Position numbers and translations under genes: made by a program. From positions 1-13,005 of the forward strand of contig JBGPXN010000130.1 in assembly GCA_041492755.1 (NCBI GenBank): a stretch of 13,005 nt of DNA, read 5' to 3'. Positions within the stretch are counted from its first letter, which is position 1. Each line of letters opens with the position of its first letter. Shown piece by piece: positions 1 to 7,197 of the stretch. The notes below the pieces were generated by a model that saw nothing but the letters and a program-made list of their open reading frames with translations, had not been told where the DNA came from and made no database searches. The stretch is from Candidatus Methylomirabilia bacterium (lineage in GTDB: Bacteria; Methylomirabilota; Methylomirabilia; Rokubacteriales; CSP1-6).

Positions 1-261
1 TCCCGGATACGTGACCGACGGAAAGACGGCCTCCGCGGCGCGCGCCGACGTTCCGGCCCCGGCCAGCGCACGCAGGCGCGGGATTCCGGACCGGTCGTCG
101 AGGTAGAACTCGGGGCGCAGGCCGTCGAGCGAGATGAGCACGACGTGCTGGACCGCGGGTGTCGATGCGTTCCCGATCGCGACGACGTCCAGCGCCACCA
201 GCGCCGCCAACGCGACGACCGCCGCGGCCACGGCCCTCACCCGCCGGGCCGATCCCGTCAC
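1..261 (-). CDS. Alkaline phosphatase superfamily / nucleotide pyrophosphatase-phosphodiesterase (NPP) protein, N-terminal part (continues past left edge)
   Basis: Not in the ORF track; hand translation gives MTGSARRVRAVAAAVVALAALVALDVVAIGNASTPAVQHVVLISLDGLRPEFYLDDRSGIPRLRALAGAGTSARAAEAVFPSVTYPG. It has a signal-peptide-like N-terminus, the metal-binding VVLISLDGLRP motif and the catalytic-Thr FPSVTYP motif. GTG 259-261 overlaps the upstream TGA (GTGA). An alternative GTG lies at 238-240. Confidence 0.9.
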   Translation of the reverse strand, partial: MTGSARRVRAVAAAVVALAALVALDVVAIGNASTPAVQHVVLISLDGLRPEFYLDDRSGIPRLRALAGAGTSARAAEAVFPSVTYPG

Positions 262-1247
262 GGCACGACCCGAAACCCGAGGCGCCCGACGAGCTGGCCC
301 GCGCTCGTGACCACGTCCACCGACCAGCGCCCGATCGGATCGGCCGGGAAACCGGTCTTGCGCGAGAAGGTCCGGAACCCCTCGCGCCGGCCACCGTAGA
401 CCGGCGCCAAGTCGACCACGTTGACGACGTGCCCGTCGCGCCGCCAGACGTGTCGGACGGGCTGGCGGAGCCCGGCCGGCGCGTAGATCGCCGTGTACGC
501 GACGAGCCCACGCCGTCGCAGGTCGGCGACGGCGATGGCCTCGGGCTTCGGCTCGAGTGACTCCACGGCGCCTTCGTTCCAGGCCAGGGCGGCGTGCGCC
601 AGGAAGAGCGGCGTGGGCGGAATCCAGGCGCGGCCGGCGGCGGCGAGCAGTCCGACCGCGGCGGCGAGGCTCATGCTCACCAGCAGCGCCCGCGCCCACG
701 GCCAGCGGCCGGCGCGGCGAATCGCGGGCGTCAGCGCGAGGACGGCCAGGGTCGCGCTCGCCACCACCGCGCCCGCGGGCGGGACCTGGACCAGCGGCAG
801 CGCGAGATTGAGCGCGGAGAAGACGGTCACGAGGAAGAAAGCGTAGCGCGCCCACGGGCGCGGGTCCACGAGCGCGCGATACCAGGGATCGAACGTCGCG
901 AGCACCGCGGCGGCCGCGAGCAGTCCGAGGAACACCGCGTTGCGCGAGGTGAGCGTCGTGCTCGCCCAGTACGCCGGCAGCATGAACAGCAGGAGCCCGT
1001 GGTAGAGCGTCTGGATCGTGTACTCCACGCTGAACAGGATCGCCCGGTGGCTGCGACGGCTGGAGGTTGCCAGCGGCTCGCGGGTCCCCTCGATCAAGGC
1101 GATCAGCAGCCACAGGAGCAGGAGATAGCCGACGAACCAGCCGACGTGCGGCACGCCGCGGCGGAAAACGAACAGCGTGAGGATGCCGAGGACCAGCGAG
1201 GCGAGCGAGATGCCCCACTGGCGGAGAAAGACGAACGCGGCGCTCAG
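258..1247 (-). CDS. Multi-pass membrane protein with C-terminal DUF2914-type domain (DUF5924/DUF2914-like architecture)
   Basis: Several hydrophobic segments followed by AYTAIYAPAGLRQPVRHVW...GGRREGFRTFSRK...GRWSVDVVT...GRLGFRV, which I recognise as DUF2914-like. The track start at 1541 adds an R/G/A-rich shadow of the 79 aa gene. Start placed at CTG 1245-1247, overlapping the upstream TGA; start position uncertain. Confidence 0.8.
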   Translation of the reverse strand: MSAAFVFLRQWGISLASLVLGILTLFVFRRGVPHVGWFVGYLLLLWLLIALIEGTREPLATSSRRSHRAILFSVEYTIQTLYHGLLLFMLPAYWASTTLTSRNAVFLGLLAAAAVLATFDPWYRALVDPRPWARYAFFLVTVFSALNLALPLVQVPPAGAVVASATLAVLALTPAIRRAGRWPWARALLVSMSLAAAVGLLAAAGRAWIPPTPLFLAHAALAWNEGAVESLEPKPEAIAVADLRRRGLVAYTAIYAPAGLRQPVRHVWRRDGHVVNVVDLAPVYGGRREGFRTFSRKTGFPADPIGRWSVDVVTSAGQLVGRLGFRVVP

Positions 1248-1483
1248 CCGAGGCCTTCGCGGATGCGGCGCGCCACCGTGTCGTCCCGCAGCGCGGCGAC
1301 GCACTCGAGCACGTCGGGCTCGACGGCCCGCGTCTTGAGGTGCGCGGCCACGAGGTCGAGCGCGCTGGTCCGCACCGCCGCGTCGAGCGCGCAGATCTCG
1401 CGCAGCACGCCGGCGATGGAGGCATCGCGGGCGGCCACCTGCAAGATGACGTCGACCAGCTCCGGCGCCACCGGCGGCATCAC
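1244..1483 (-). CDS. Hypothetical protein, 79 aa, probably alpha-helical
   Basis: GGAG precedes GTG-ATG at 1483/1480, codons are GC3-rich, composition is protein-like, and it fills the gap between metG and the DUF2914 gene. Confidence 0.7.
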   Translation of the reverse strand: MMPPVAPELVDVILQVAARDASIAGVLREICALDAAVRTSALDLVAAHLKTRAVEPDVLECVAALRDDTVARRIREGLG

Positions 1484-1537
1484 GCGGTCTCCACGCCGCG
1501 AAGCATGTCCCGCTGCTCGCGACCGCCGCGACGCACG

Positions 1538-3439
1538 TCACTTCACCTTGGCGCCGGCCGGCAGATCACGATCGAGGGTGAGCACGGCCAACCGGTCGGC
1601 GGCGGAGCCGGCCAGCACCATGCCGTTGGACTCGATGCCCATGAGGCGCGCCGGCTCGAGGTTCGCGACGATCACGACCTTCTTGCCGACGAGATCGGCG
1701 GGCGCGTAGTGCTCCGCGATCCCCGCCACCACCGTGCGCTGCTCCTCCCCGAGCGACACCGTGAGCTTGACCAGCTTCCTGGACTTGGGCACCGCCTCCG
1801 CGGCCACGATCTCCACCACGCGCAGGTCGACCCGGCCGAAGTCGGCCAGGGAGATCTTCGCGGCGTCGGCCGGCGCGCCCGCGGCAGACGCCGACGCCCC
1901 CGGGGCCGCCGGCGCGGCGGCACGCGTGTCGATTCGCGGAAAGAGCCCCGACAGCCGCTGCACCGGCGTACCGGCCGGCGCCGTCCCCCACTCCGCGACG
2001 CTGCTCAGTCGCGGTGTGCCGTGCGATCCGACCGCGCCGCGGATCTTCGCGGCGCTCTCGGGCAGGAACGGATCGAGCACGACGCCGAGGCAGCGCACGC
2101 CCTCCGCCAGCGTGGCGAGCACCGTCCGGAGCCGATCCGCCTTGTCCGGCGCCTTCGCCAGCGCCCACGGCTGCTCGCTGTCGACGTAGCGATTGAGGAC
2201 GGCGATGAATTCCCAGATCGCGCCGAGCGCGCGCTGGAACGCGAATTCCTCCATCGCCACGCGGCCGGCGGCCAACGCCTTGGGCCACGCGGCGGCCACC
2301 GCCTTCTCGGCCGCCGTCATCTCGCCGGGGGGCGGAACCACCCCGCCGTGGCTGGCGATGAGCGTGGTCGCCCGGGACACGAGGTTGCCGAGGTCGTTGG
2401 CGAGGTCGGCGTTCAGACGGCCGACCAACGCGGTCTCGCTGAAGTCCGAATCGAGCCCGAAGACGGACTCGCGCATCACGAAATAGCGGAACGCCTCGCC
2501 GTATCTGTCCTTCATCGGCAGGGGCTCGACGACGTTGCCGAGGCTCTTGGACATCTTCTGGCCGTCCACCGTCCAGTAGCCATGGACGTTGAGATGCTGG
2601 TACACGTCGAGCCCGGCCGCCTTGAGCATGCACGGCCAGTACACGCCGTGCGGCTTGAGGATGTCCTTGCCGATCAGGTGCTGCACGTGCGGCCAGCAAG
2701 CGTCGAACTTCGGCGCGCCCGGGCCTCCGAGCGCCGAGACGTAGTTGATCAGCGCGTCGAACCAGACGTAGGTGACGTACTGATCGTCGAACGGCAGCGG
2801 GATGCCCCATTGCAGCCGCTTCTTCGGCCGGCTGATGGAGAGATCCTGGAGCGGATCCCGCAGGAACCCGATGATCTCGTTCCGGTAGCGCTCGGGCCGG
2901 ATCATGTCGGGATGGCGCTCGATGTGCTCGAGCAGCCAGTCCTGATACTTGGACATCCGGAAGAAGTAGTTCTCCTCCTCGATCCAGGTCAGCGGCGTCA
3001 GGTGATCGGGGCACTTGCCGTCGACGATTTCCTTTTCCGTGTAGAAGCGCTCGCAGCCGAAACAGTAGTGGCCGCCGTAGGTGCCGAGGTAGATCTCCTT
3101 CCGGTCCCACAGCGTCTGGAGGATCGACTGCACCACCGTCTGGTGCCGGGGCTCGGTGGTGCGGATGTAGTCGTCGTTCGAGACGCCGAGTCGCTTCCAC
3201 GTCTCTCGGTACGCCGACGAGATTTCATCGGCCAGGGCCTGCGGCGTCACGCCGGACGCGGCCGCGGCCTGGGCGATCTTGTCGCCGTGCTCGTCGGTCC
3301 CGGTGAGGAAGAAGACGTCGTCGCCGGCCAGGCGATGCCACCGTGCCATGGTGTCGGCGAGGATCGTGGTGTAGGCGTGCCCGAGGTGCGGGCGCGCGTT
3401 CACGTAGTAGATCGGCGTGGTCAGGTAGAACGTCCCCAC
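1538..3439 (-). CDS. metG: Methionine--tRNA ligase with C-terminal tRNA-binding (Trbp111/EMAP-like OB) domain
   Basis: YLTTPIYYVN..PHLGHAY (HIGH), GTDEHG, single Zn knuckle CFGC...CPDH, YVWFDAL, GKDI, KMSKS, an Ala/Pro linker, then DLRV...RTVVAGI...NLEPARLMGIESNGMVL. Confidence 0.98.
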   Translation of the reverse strand: MGTFYLTTPIYYVNARPHLGHAYTTILADTMARWHRLAGDDVFFLTGTDEHGDKIAQAAAASGVTPQALADEISSAYRETWKRLGVSNDDYIRTTEPRHQTVVQSILQTLWDRKEIYLGTYGGHYCFGCERFYTEKEIVDGKCPDHLTPLTWIEEENYFFRMSKYQDWLLEHIERHPDMIRPERYRNEIIGFLRDPLQDLSISRPKKRLQWGIPLPFDDQYVTYVWFDALINYVSALGGPGAPKFDACWPHVQHLIGKDILKPHGVYWPCMLKAAGLDVYQHLNVHGYWTVDGQKMSKSLGNVVEPLPMKDRYGEAFRYFVMRESVFGLDSDFSETALVGRLNADLANDLGNLVSRATTLIASHGGVVPPPGEMTAAEKAVAAAWPKALAAGRVAMEEFAFQRALGAIWEFIAVLNRYVDSEQPWALAKAPDKADRLRTVLATLAEGVRCLGVVLDPFLPESAAKIRGAVGSHGTPRLSSVAEWGTAPAGTPVQRLSGLFPRIDTRAAAPAAPGASASAAGAPADAAKISLADFGRVDLRVVEIVAAEAVPKSRKLVKLTVSLGEEQRTVVAGIAEHYAPADLVGKKVVIVANLEPARLMGIESNGMVLAGSAADRLAVLTLDRDLPAGAKVK

Positions 3440-3449
3440 GGCGCGCCTT

Positions 3450-4340
3450 TCAGGACGGTGTATCGAGCTGGCTCTGGACGTGCGGCCGCCCTTCCCACGT
3501 GAGCTGGTCCAGCGGAACTTCGGCTTCGGTGCCGTCCGGGAACCCGACCACGACCGACTGCTTGAGCACGCGAAGCGAGCGGATCTTGCCCGTCATGCAC
3601 CCGCCGCCCCCGCACGAGGCCTGGCACGGCGTGTTCACGCGCGGCAGCCGCGAGCGCAGCTCCTCGTAGGTCGAGAACTCGTAGAGCAGGCAGCACTTGA
3701 GGCGGCCGCAGTTGCCGAGCAGCCGGTTGTCGGTCAGCGGCATGTCCTGCATCTTGGCCATCTTCACCGAGATCGGCTCGAACTTGCGCAGATGCGAGGA
3801 GCAGCAGAGCTGGCGACCGCACGGGCCGATGCCGTCCATCACCTTGGTGGTGTCGCGGGCGCCGATCTGGCGCATCTCGATGCGCGAGCGGAACTCGCGC
3901 GCGAGGTCACGCACGAGGTCGCGGAAGTCCACGCGCTCCTCGGCGTTGAAGTAGATGGTCGTGCGGCGGACGCTCGGGCGCATCTCGACGTCGACCACCT
4001 TCATTACGAGGTTGCGCGACTGGGCCAGGCGCTGGCACGTGATGACGGCCTCGCGCTCGCGCGCGTGACGATCGCGCCACTCCCGCGCCTCGTCGTCGGT
4101 GGCCCGGCGCAGGACGCGCCGGTAGAGGCGGTCCTTCTTCATGTCCGGCAGCAGGCGCCGCGGCCGGCGCACTTCACCCACGTCCGTGCCCGTCCCGCTC
4201 TCCACCACGACGAGGTCACCAACCCGCGCCTCCACGTCGACCAGCTTGTAATCGTCGGCGGGCACGACCTCGCGAATCCGGATCCCGATCAGGTATTCCT
4301 CGGGGGTCTGGTCCAGGCTATCGGTCAGCGACTCGTTCAT
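3450..4340 (-). CDS. ricT: PSP1-domain protein, RicT/YaaT family
   Basis: ERVDFRDLVRDLA...RIEMRQIGARD...GIGPCGRQLCC...ISVKMAKMQ...GNCGRLKCCLLYE. Sits in the conserved holB-ricT-metG context. SD GGAAGGA upstream of the ATG. Confidence 0.93.
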   Translation of the reverse strand: MNESLTDSLDQTPEEYLIGIRIREVVPADDYKLVDVEARVGDLVVVESGTGTDVGEVRRPRRLLPDMKKDRLYRRVLRRATDDEAREWRDRHAREREAVITCQRLAQSRNLVMKVVDVEMRPSVRRTTIYFNAEERVDFRDLVRDLAREFRSRIEMRQIGARDTTKVMDGIGPCGRQLCCSSHLRKFEPISVKMAKMQDMPLTDNRLLGNCGRLKCCLLYEFSTYEELRSRLPRVNTPCQASCGGGGCMTGKIRSLRVLKQSVVVGFPDGTEAEVPLDQLTWEGRPHVQSQLDTPS

Positions 4341-4350
4341 CGTTCCTTCC

Positions 4351-5244
4351 TCACGCCGCCCGACGGGCCAGGCGGTCGACGACCATCTCGAGCGTCAGCC
4401 GCGGTGTGACGTTGAGCCACAGTGCCTGGCGCGCCTCGCGGCAGGCCGCGACACCGCGCACGAGGGCGTCCAGCGACCACTGGCCCGCCTCCTCCGCCAT
4501 CTCCCCACCACGCTCGGGGCACCCCAGCAGCGCCGGCGGAGCGCCGGACTGGACGAGGAGCAAATCGCGGAGCAAGAGCCAGTATGCATCGATCAACTGC
4601 TCGGCGCGATCCCGGTCGCGCTCGGCGGCCTGTGAGTGGCGCAGGAGCGCATCGAGACCCTTGGCGCGGATCTCGCGGAGCGCGTCGAACGCTTCCCCGA
4701 CCAGCGCCGCGGTGCCGGCCGCGTCCCGCCGCGGCTGGAAGGGCACGATCTGGCAGCGCGAGAGCACGGTGGCGGGCAAGGCCCGCGCCCGCGGCAGCAC
4801 GAGGATGATGATCGTGCGTGGCGGCGGCTCCTCGAGCGTCTTGAGGAACGCCTGCGGCGTCACATCGGTCATGCGGTCGGCATCGTCGACGACGAAGACC
4901 TTGCGCCCGCCCATGACGGGCCGCAGCGCCGCCTGTCGCTCCAGGTCGCGAACGGCGCCGATGCGGATCGCCTTGGGCCCCTTGGGCTTGTCGTCCGGTG
5001 GTGTCGGCACGATCACGTGCAGGTCGGGATGCTGGCGCGCATCCGCGAGCTTGCACCCCCGGCACGCGCCGCATCCGGTGCCGCGCTCGCAGAGCAGCGC
5101 CGTCGCGAATGCCAGCGCCGCGGTCGTCCGGCCCGACCCGGGCGCCCCGACGAAGGCGTAGGCATGAGCCACGCGATCGGCAGCGAGCGCCTGTTGCAGC
5201 AGCGCCACCGCGCGGGGCTGGCCCGAAACGGCGTCAAGCCCCAC
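4351..5244 (-). CDS. holB: DNA polymerase III subunit delta'
   Basis: AHAYAFVGAPGSGRTT (degenerate Walker A), Zn module CERGTGCGACRGC, HPDL, KVFVVDDADRMT, LKTLEEPP, SRC motif. GTG 5242-5244 has GGGAG upstream and overlaps the end of tmk. Confidence 0.93.
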   Translation of the reverse strand: MGLDAVSGQPRAVALLQQALAADRVAHAYAFVGAPGSGRTTAALAFATALLCERGTGCGACRGCKLADARQHPDLHVIVPTPPDDKPKGPKAIRIGAVRDLERQAALRPVMGGRKVFVVDDADRMTDVTPQAFLKTLEEPPPRTIIILVLPRARALPATVLSRCQIVPFQPRRDAAGTAALVGEAFDALREIRAKGLDALLRHSQAAERDRDRAEQLIDAYWLLLRDLLLVQSGAPPALLGCPERGGEMAEEAGQWSLDALVRGVAACREARQALWLNVTPRLTLEMVVDRLARRAA

Positions 5245-5845
5245 GCAAGCGCTCCCACACGATCGCCTCGACCTGCGCGGCGACCGCGTTCGGATCCTGA
5301 TCGGCGCGGACGATGCGCACGCGCTTGGGGTCGGCGCGCTGAATGGCGAGATAGCCTCGGCGAACGCGGCGGTGGAAGGCAAGCTTCTCGCGCTCGAAGT
5401 GGTCGAGCGTCCGGCGCCGGATGCGCTGGAAACCGACGCCGGGATCGAGATCGAAGAGCAGCGTCAGGTCGGGGAGCACGCCATCGGTCGCGCGCAGATT
5501 CAGATCACGGATGAAGTCGAGCTCGATCCCGCGACCGTACCCCTGGTAGGCCAGGGTGGCATCCGTGTAGCGGTCGCAGAGCACGACGCGGCCTTGCTTG
5601 AGCCACGGGCCGATCCGCTCCCGCACGTGCTGTTGGCGGGCCGCCATGAACAAGAACACCTCGCCGAGGGGCGCCGGGCGCCGCTCGAAGAGCCGGCGAA
5701 TCGCCACGCCAAGGTCGGTACCGTCGGGCTCCGCGGTGCGCTCCACGGCGACGCCACGACGCCGGAGCGCGCGCGCGAGACGGGCCATCTGCGTGCTCTT
5801 GCCCGAGCCCTCGACCCCTTCGAACGTGATCAGCGTTCCCCGCAC
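5234..5845 (-). CDS. tmk: Thymidylate kinase
   Basis: ITFEGVEGSGKSTQ P-loop, EPDGT, LFMAARQQHV, VVLCDRYTDATLAYQGYGRG, PDLTLLFD. GTG 5843-5845 is preceded by GGAGG. Confidence 0.97.
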   Translation of the reverse strand: MRGTLITFEGVEGSGKSTQMARLARALRRRGVAVERTAEPDGTDLGVAIRRLFERRPAPLGEVFLFMAARQQHVRERIGPWLKQGRVVLCDRYTDATLAYQGYGRGIELDFIRDLNLRATDGVLPDLTLLFDLDPGVGFQRIRRRTLDHFEREKLAFHRRVRRGYLAIQRADPKRVRIVRADQDPNAVAAQVEAIVWERLRGA

Positions 5846-5874
5846 TGAGACCTCCGGAACGACGGCAATACGCC

Positions 5875-5883
5875 ACTTTAGCA
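5875..5883 (-). promoter_or_regulatory. Candidate extended -10 promoter (TGcTAAAGT) of the tmk operon
   Basis: Minus strand reads ggTGcTAAAGTggcg about 30 nt upstream of the tmk start; an AT-rich motif in a GC-rich intergenic region. Confidence 0.5.
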
Positions 5884-5998
5884 CCTCGATCGACGCCGAG
5901 CCGCCCGGACTGGGGTCACGTCGGCCGGTCGACCACCCCGAGGCCGCCACCCCCGCCGGACCCGCCCCGGACCGCTGGAGTCGGCCCAGCCGATCGGG

Positions 5999-6004
5999 TA
6001 GAGT
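5999..6004 (+). promoter_or_regulatory. Candidate -10 element (TAGAGT) for the RRM gene
   Basis: TAnnnT hexamer about 120 nt upstream of the RRM ATG; no convincing -35. Confidence 0.35.
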
Positions 6005-6054
6005 ATGGGTCGATCGGCGTGCGTCCCGGCTCATTCGGGGGCCGTGCCCGCCGG

Positions 6055-6123
6055 CCTGCGTCTCCACTGCTTCTTCCGCCTCGGGGACGTACACGACACG
6101 CGGAAGAAGCCGGAGGACGCGGG
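6055..6123 (+). promoter_or_regulatory. 5'UTR hairpin sequestering the Shine-Dalgarno of the RRM gene
   Basis: GCTTCTTCCGC (6069-6079) pairs perfectly with GCGGAAGAAGC (6100-6110). CCTGCGTCTCC (6055-6065) pairs with GGAGGACGCGGG (6112-6123), ending one base before the ATG. Confidence 0.65.
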
Positions 6124-6438
6124 ATGGCTCAGAAGCTTTTCGTCGGCGGTCTGTCGTTCTCGACGTCCAGTGAACGTTTGCGTGAAGTCTTCTCCGCGGC
6201 CGGCACCGTCGAATCCGCCACCGTGGTGACCGATCGGGCGACCGGCCGGTCACGTGGCTTCGGCTTCGTCGAGATGCAGACGCCCGAGGAGGCGCAGGAG
6301 GCGGTGACCCGCCTCAACGGTCAGGACGTGGACGGTCGTCAGATCAAGGTCGAGATCGCAAAGCCCTCGGACCGGAGCGGCGGTGGTCGTGACGACTCCC
6401 GCGGCGGCGGCGGGCGGCCGCGGAGCTCGCGCTGGTAG
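6124..6438 (+). CDS. RRM (RNP-1) RNA-binding protein with Gly/Arg-rich tail, 104 aa
   Basis: MAQKLFVGGLSF (RNP2), RSRGFGFVEM (RNP1), LNGQDVDGRQIKVEIA, Gly/Arg-rich tail. SD GGAGGA at 6112-6117. Confidence 0.96.
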   Translation: MAQKLFVGGLSFSTSSERLREVFSAAGTVESATVVTDRATGRSRGFGFVEMQTPEEAQEAVTRLNGQDVDGRQIKVEIAKPSDRSGGGRDDSRGGGGRPRSSRW

Positions 6439-6504
6439 GCGCCCGGGCGCCGATGCGCGACCGGACCGTGTCGCCCGCCGGCGGTACGGGTAGGAGCAGT
6501 TAGG

Positions 6505-6807
6505 ATGGCCCGGCGACACTACGGCTTCGAGCGGCGGAAAAAGGAAGACGCTCGCCGCGCCAAGCAAGAAGCCAAGAAACGGCGCAAAGACGAGCGCGTC
6601 CAGGACGGCATCACGGGTCCCGAGATGGGCACGGCGCAGGACTCGTCGGCCGCGCCGGGCGTGTGGGAATGGTTCTCTCCCAGCCGCAGCCGTATCGTCA
6701 CGCTGCCGGAAGGGACCAAGCCTGCGGACGAGGGCAACAACGATTGGGTCTTGCTGACCAAAGGCGCCGAGGACGACAACGACCTCGATTCTCAATCGGC
6801 CTCATGA
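6505..6807 (+). CDS. Hypothetical protein, 100 aa, highly basic N-terminal helix plus a small Trp-containing C-terminal region
   Basis: AGGAG SD, GC3-biased codons, MARRHYGFERRKKEDARRAKQEAKKRRKDER followed by VWEWFSPSRSRIVTL...DWVLL. Confidence 0.75.
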   Translation: MARRHYGFERRKKEDARRAKQEAKKRRKDERVQDGITGPEMGTAQDSSAAPGVWEWFSPSRSRIVTLPEGTKPADEGNNDWVLLTKGAEDDNDLDSQSAS

Positions 6808-6850
6808 GACGACCCGGCATGACGGCATATCCCCGTGTCGGTGCCCGTTC

Positions 6851-6952
6851 CGTGACCAGACCGTGATCCTCGCTCTCAACCACCCGCTCGCGGGGCAAAC
6901 CCTTCACTTCGACGTCAGGATCCTGGGCGCCGCGCCGCCTGCGAAGCCCTAG
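6851..6952 (+). pseudogene. C-terminal remnant of an FKBP-type peptidyl-prolyl isomerase (SlyD/SlpA-like)
   Basis: Hand translation RDQTVILALNHPLAGQTLHFDVRILGAAPPAKP* contains the SlyD/SlpA signature NHPLAG.TL.F.V. The upstream part of the FKBP domain is absent. Confidence 0.8.
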
Positions 6953-6960
6953 GAGGGGCC

Positions 6961-7161
6961 GTGAAGATCGACGTCTTCGAAAATCAGATCGAACCCGCCC
7001 TCAAGGCCCTCAAGAAGAAGATGGTCAAGGACGGGGTATTCCAGGAAATGAAGCGGCGCGCGTTCTACGAAAAGCCCTCCATTCGGCGCCGCCGCAAGCA
7101 AGCACGCGCCCGCAAGAAGCAGCAGCGCGCCCTGAAGCGCAACCGCCCCGACGAGGATTGA
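6961..7161 (+). CDS. rpsU: 30S ribosomal protein bS21
   Basis: IEPALKALKKKMVKDGVFQEMKRRAFYEKPSIRRRRK. SD AGGAGG at 6951-6956. Confidence 0.96.
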   Translation: MKIDVFENQIEPALKALKKKMVKDGVFQEMKRRAFYEKPSIRRRRKQARARKKQQRALKRNRPDED

Positions 7162-7164
7162 TCC

Positions 7165-7191
7165 TCGGAGGGGGGCTGCGCCCCCTTCCGA
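7165..7191. terminator. GC-rich hairpin between convergent rpsU and acuC (possible bidirectional terminator or REP-like element)
   Basis: TCGGAGGGGGGC-TGC-GCCCCCTTCCGA, a 12-bp stem with one G-U pair. No U-tract on either strand. Confidence 0.55.
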
Positions 7192-7197
7192 CGCGGG

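Noticed and set aside
1480..1536. 18-codon minus-strand ORF (VRRGGREQRDMLRGVETA*) bridging metG and the 79 aa gene
   Set aside because: Too short, no recognisable homology, and easily produced by chance.
1248..1541. N-terminal extension of the DUF2914 ORF to a GTG overlapping the metG stop
   Set aside because: The extension is low-complexity Arg/Gly/Ala and fully overlaps the better-supported 79 aa gene, which has its own SD.
1340..3502. 720 aa plus-strand ORF, and other long ORFs antisense to or frame-shifted over real genes (594-1709, 1566-3200, 3480-4409, 4636-5514, 9659-10645, 11755-12663)
   Set aside because: Shadow ORFs expected at high GC: R/G/A-rich, no motifs, and overlapping well-supported genes.
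5125..5160. Lys-to-Arg change in the holB Walker A (GSGRTT)
   Set aside because: Delta' is a catalytically inactive AAA+ subunit, so a degenerate P-loop is normal.
5846..6253. Long N-terminal extension of tmk in the ORF track; likewise extensions of holB (to 5382), moaC (to 8945), DUF465 (to 9202), tupC-like (to 11023) and modC (to 11769)
   Set aside because: Family N-termini, SD positions or stop/start overlaps place the starts downstream; the extensions overlap other genes or promoters.
6438..6451. 14-bp perfect palindrome GGCGCCCGGGCGCC just after the RRM stop
   Set aside because: All-GC, no U-tract, plausible by chance at this GC content.
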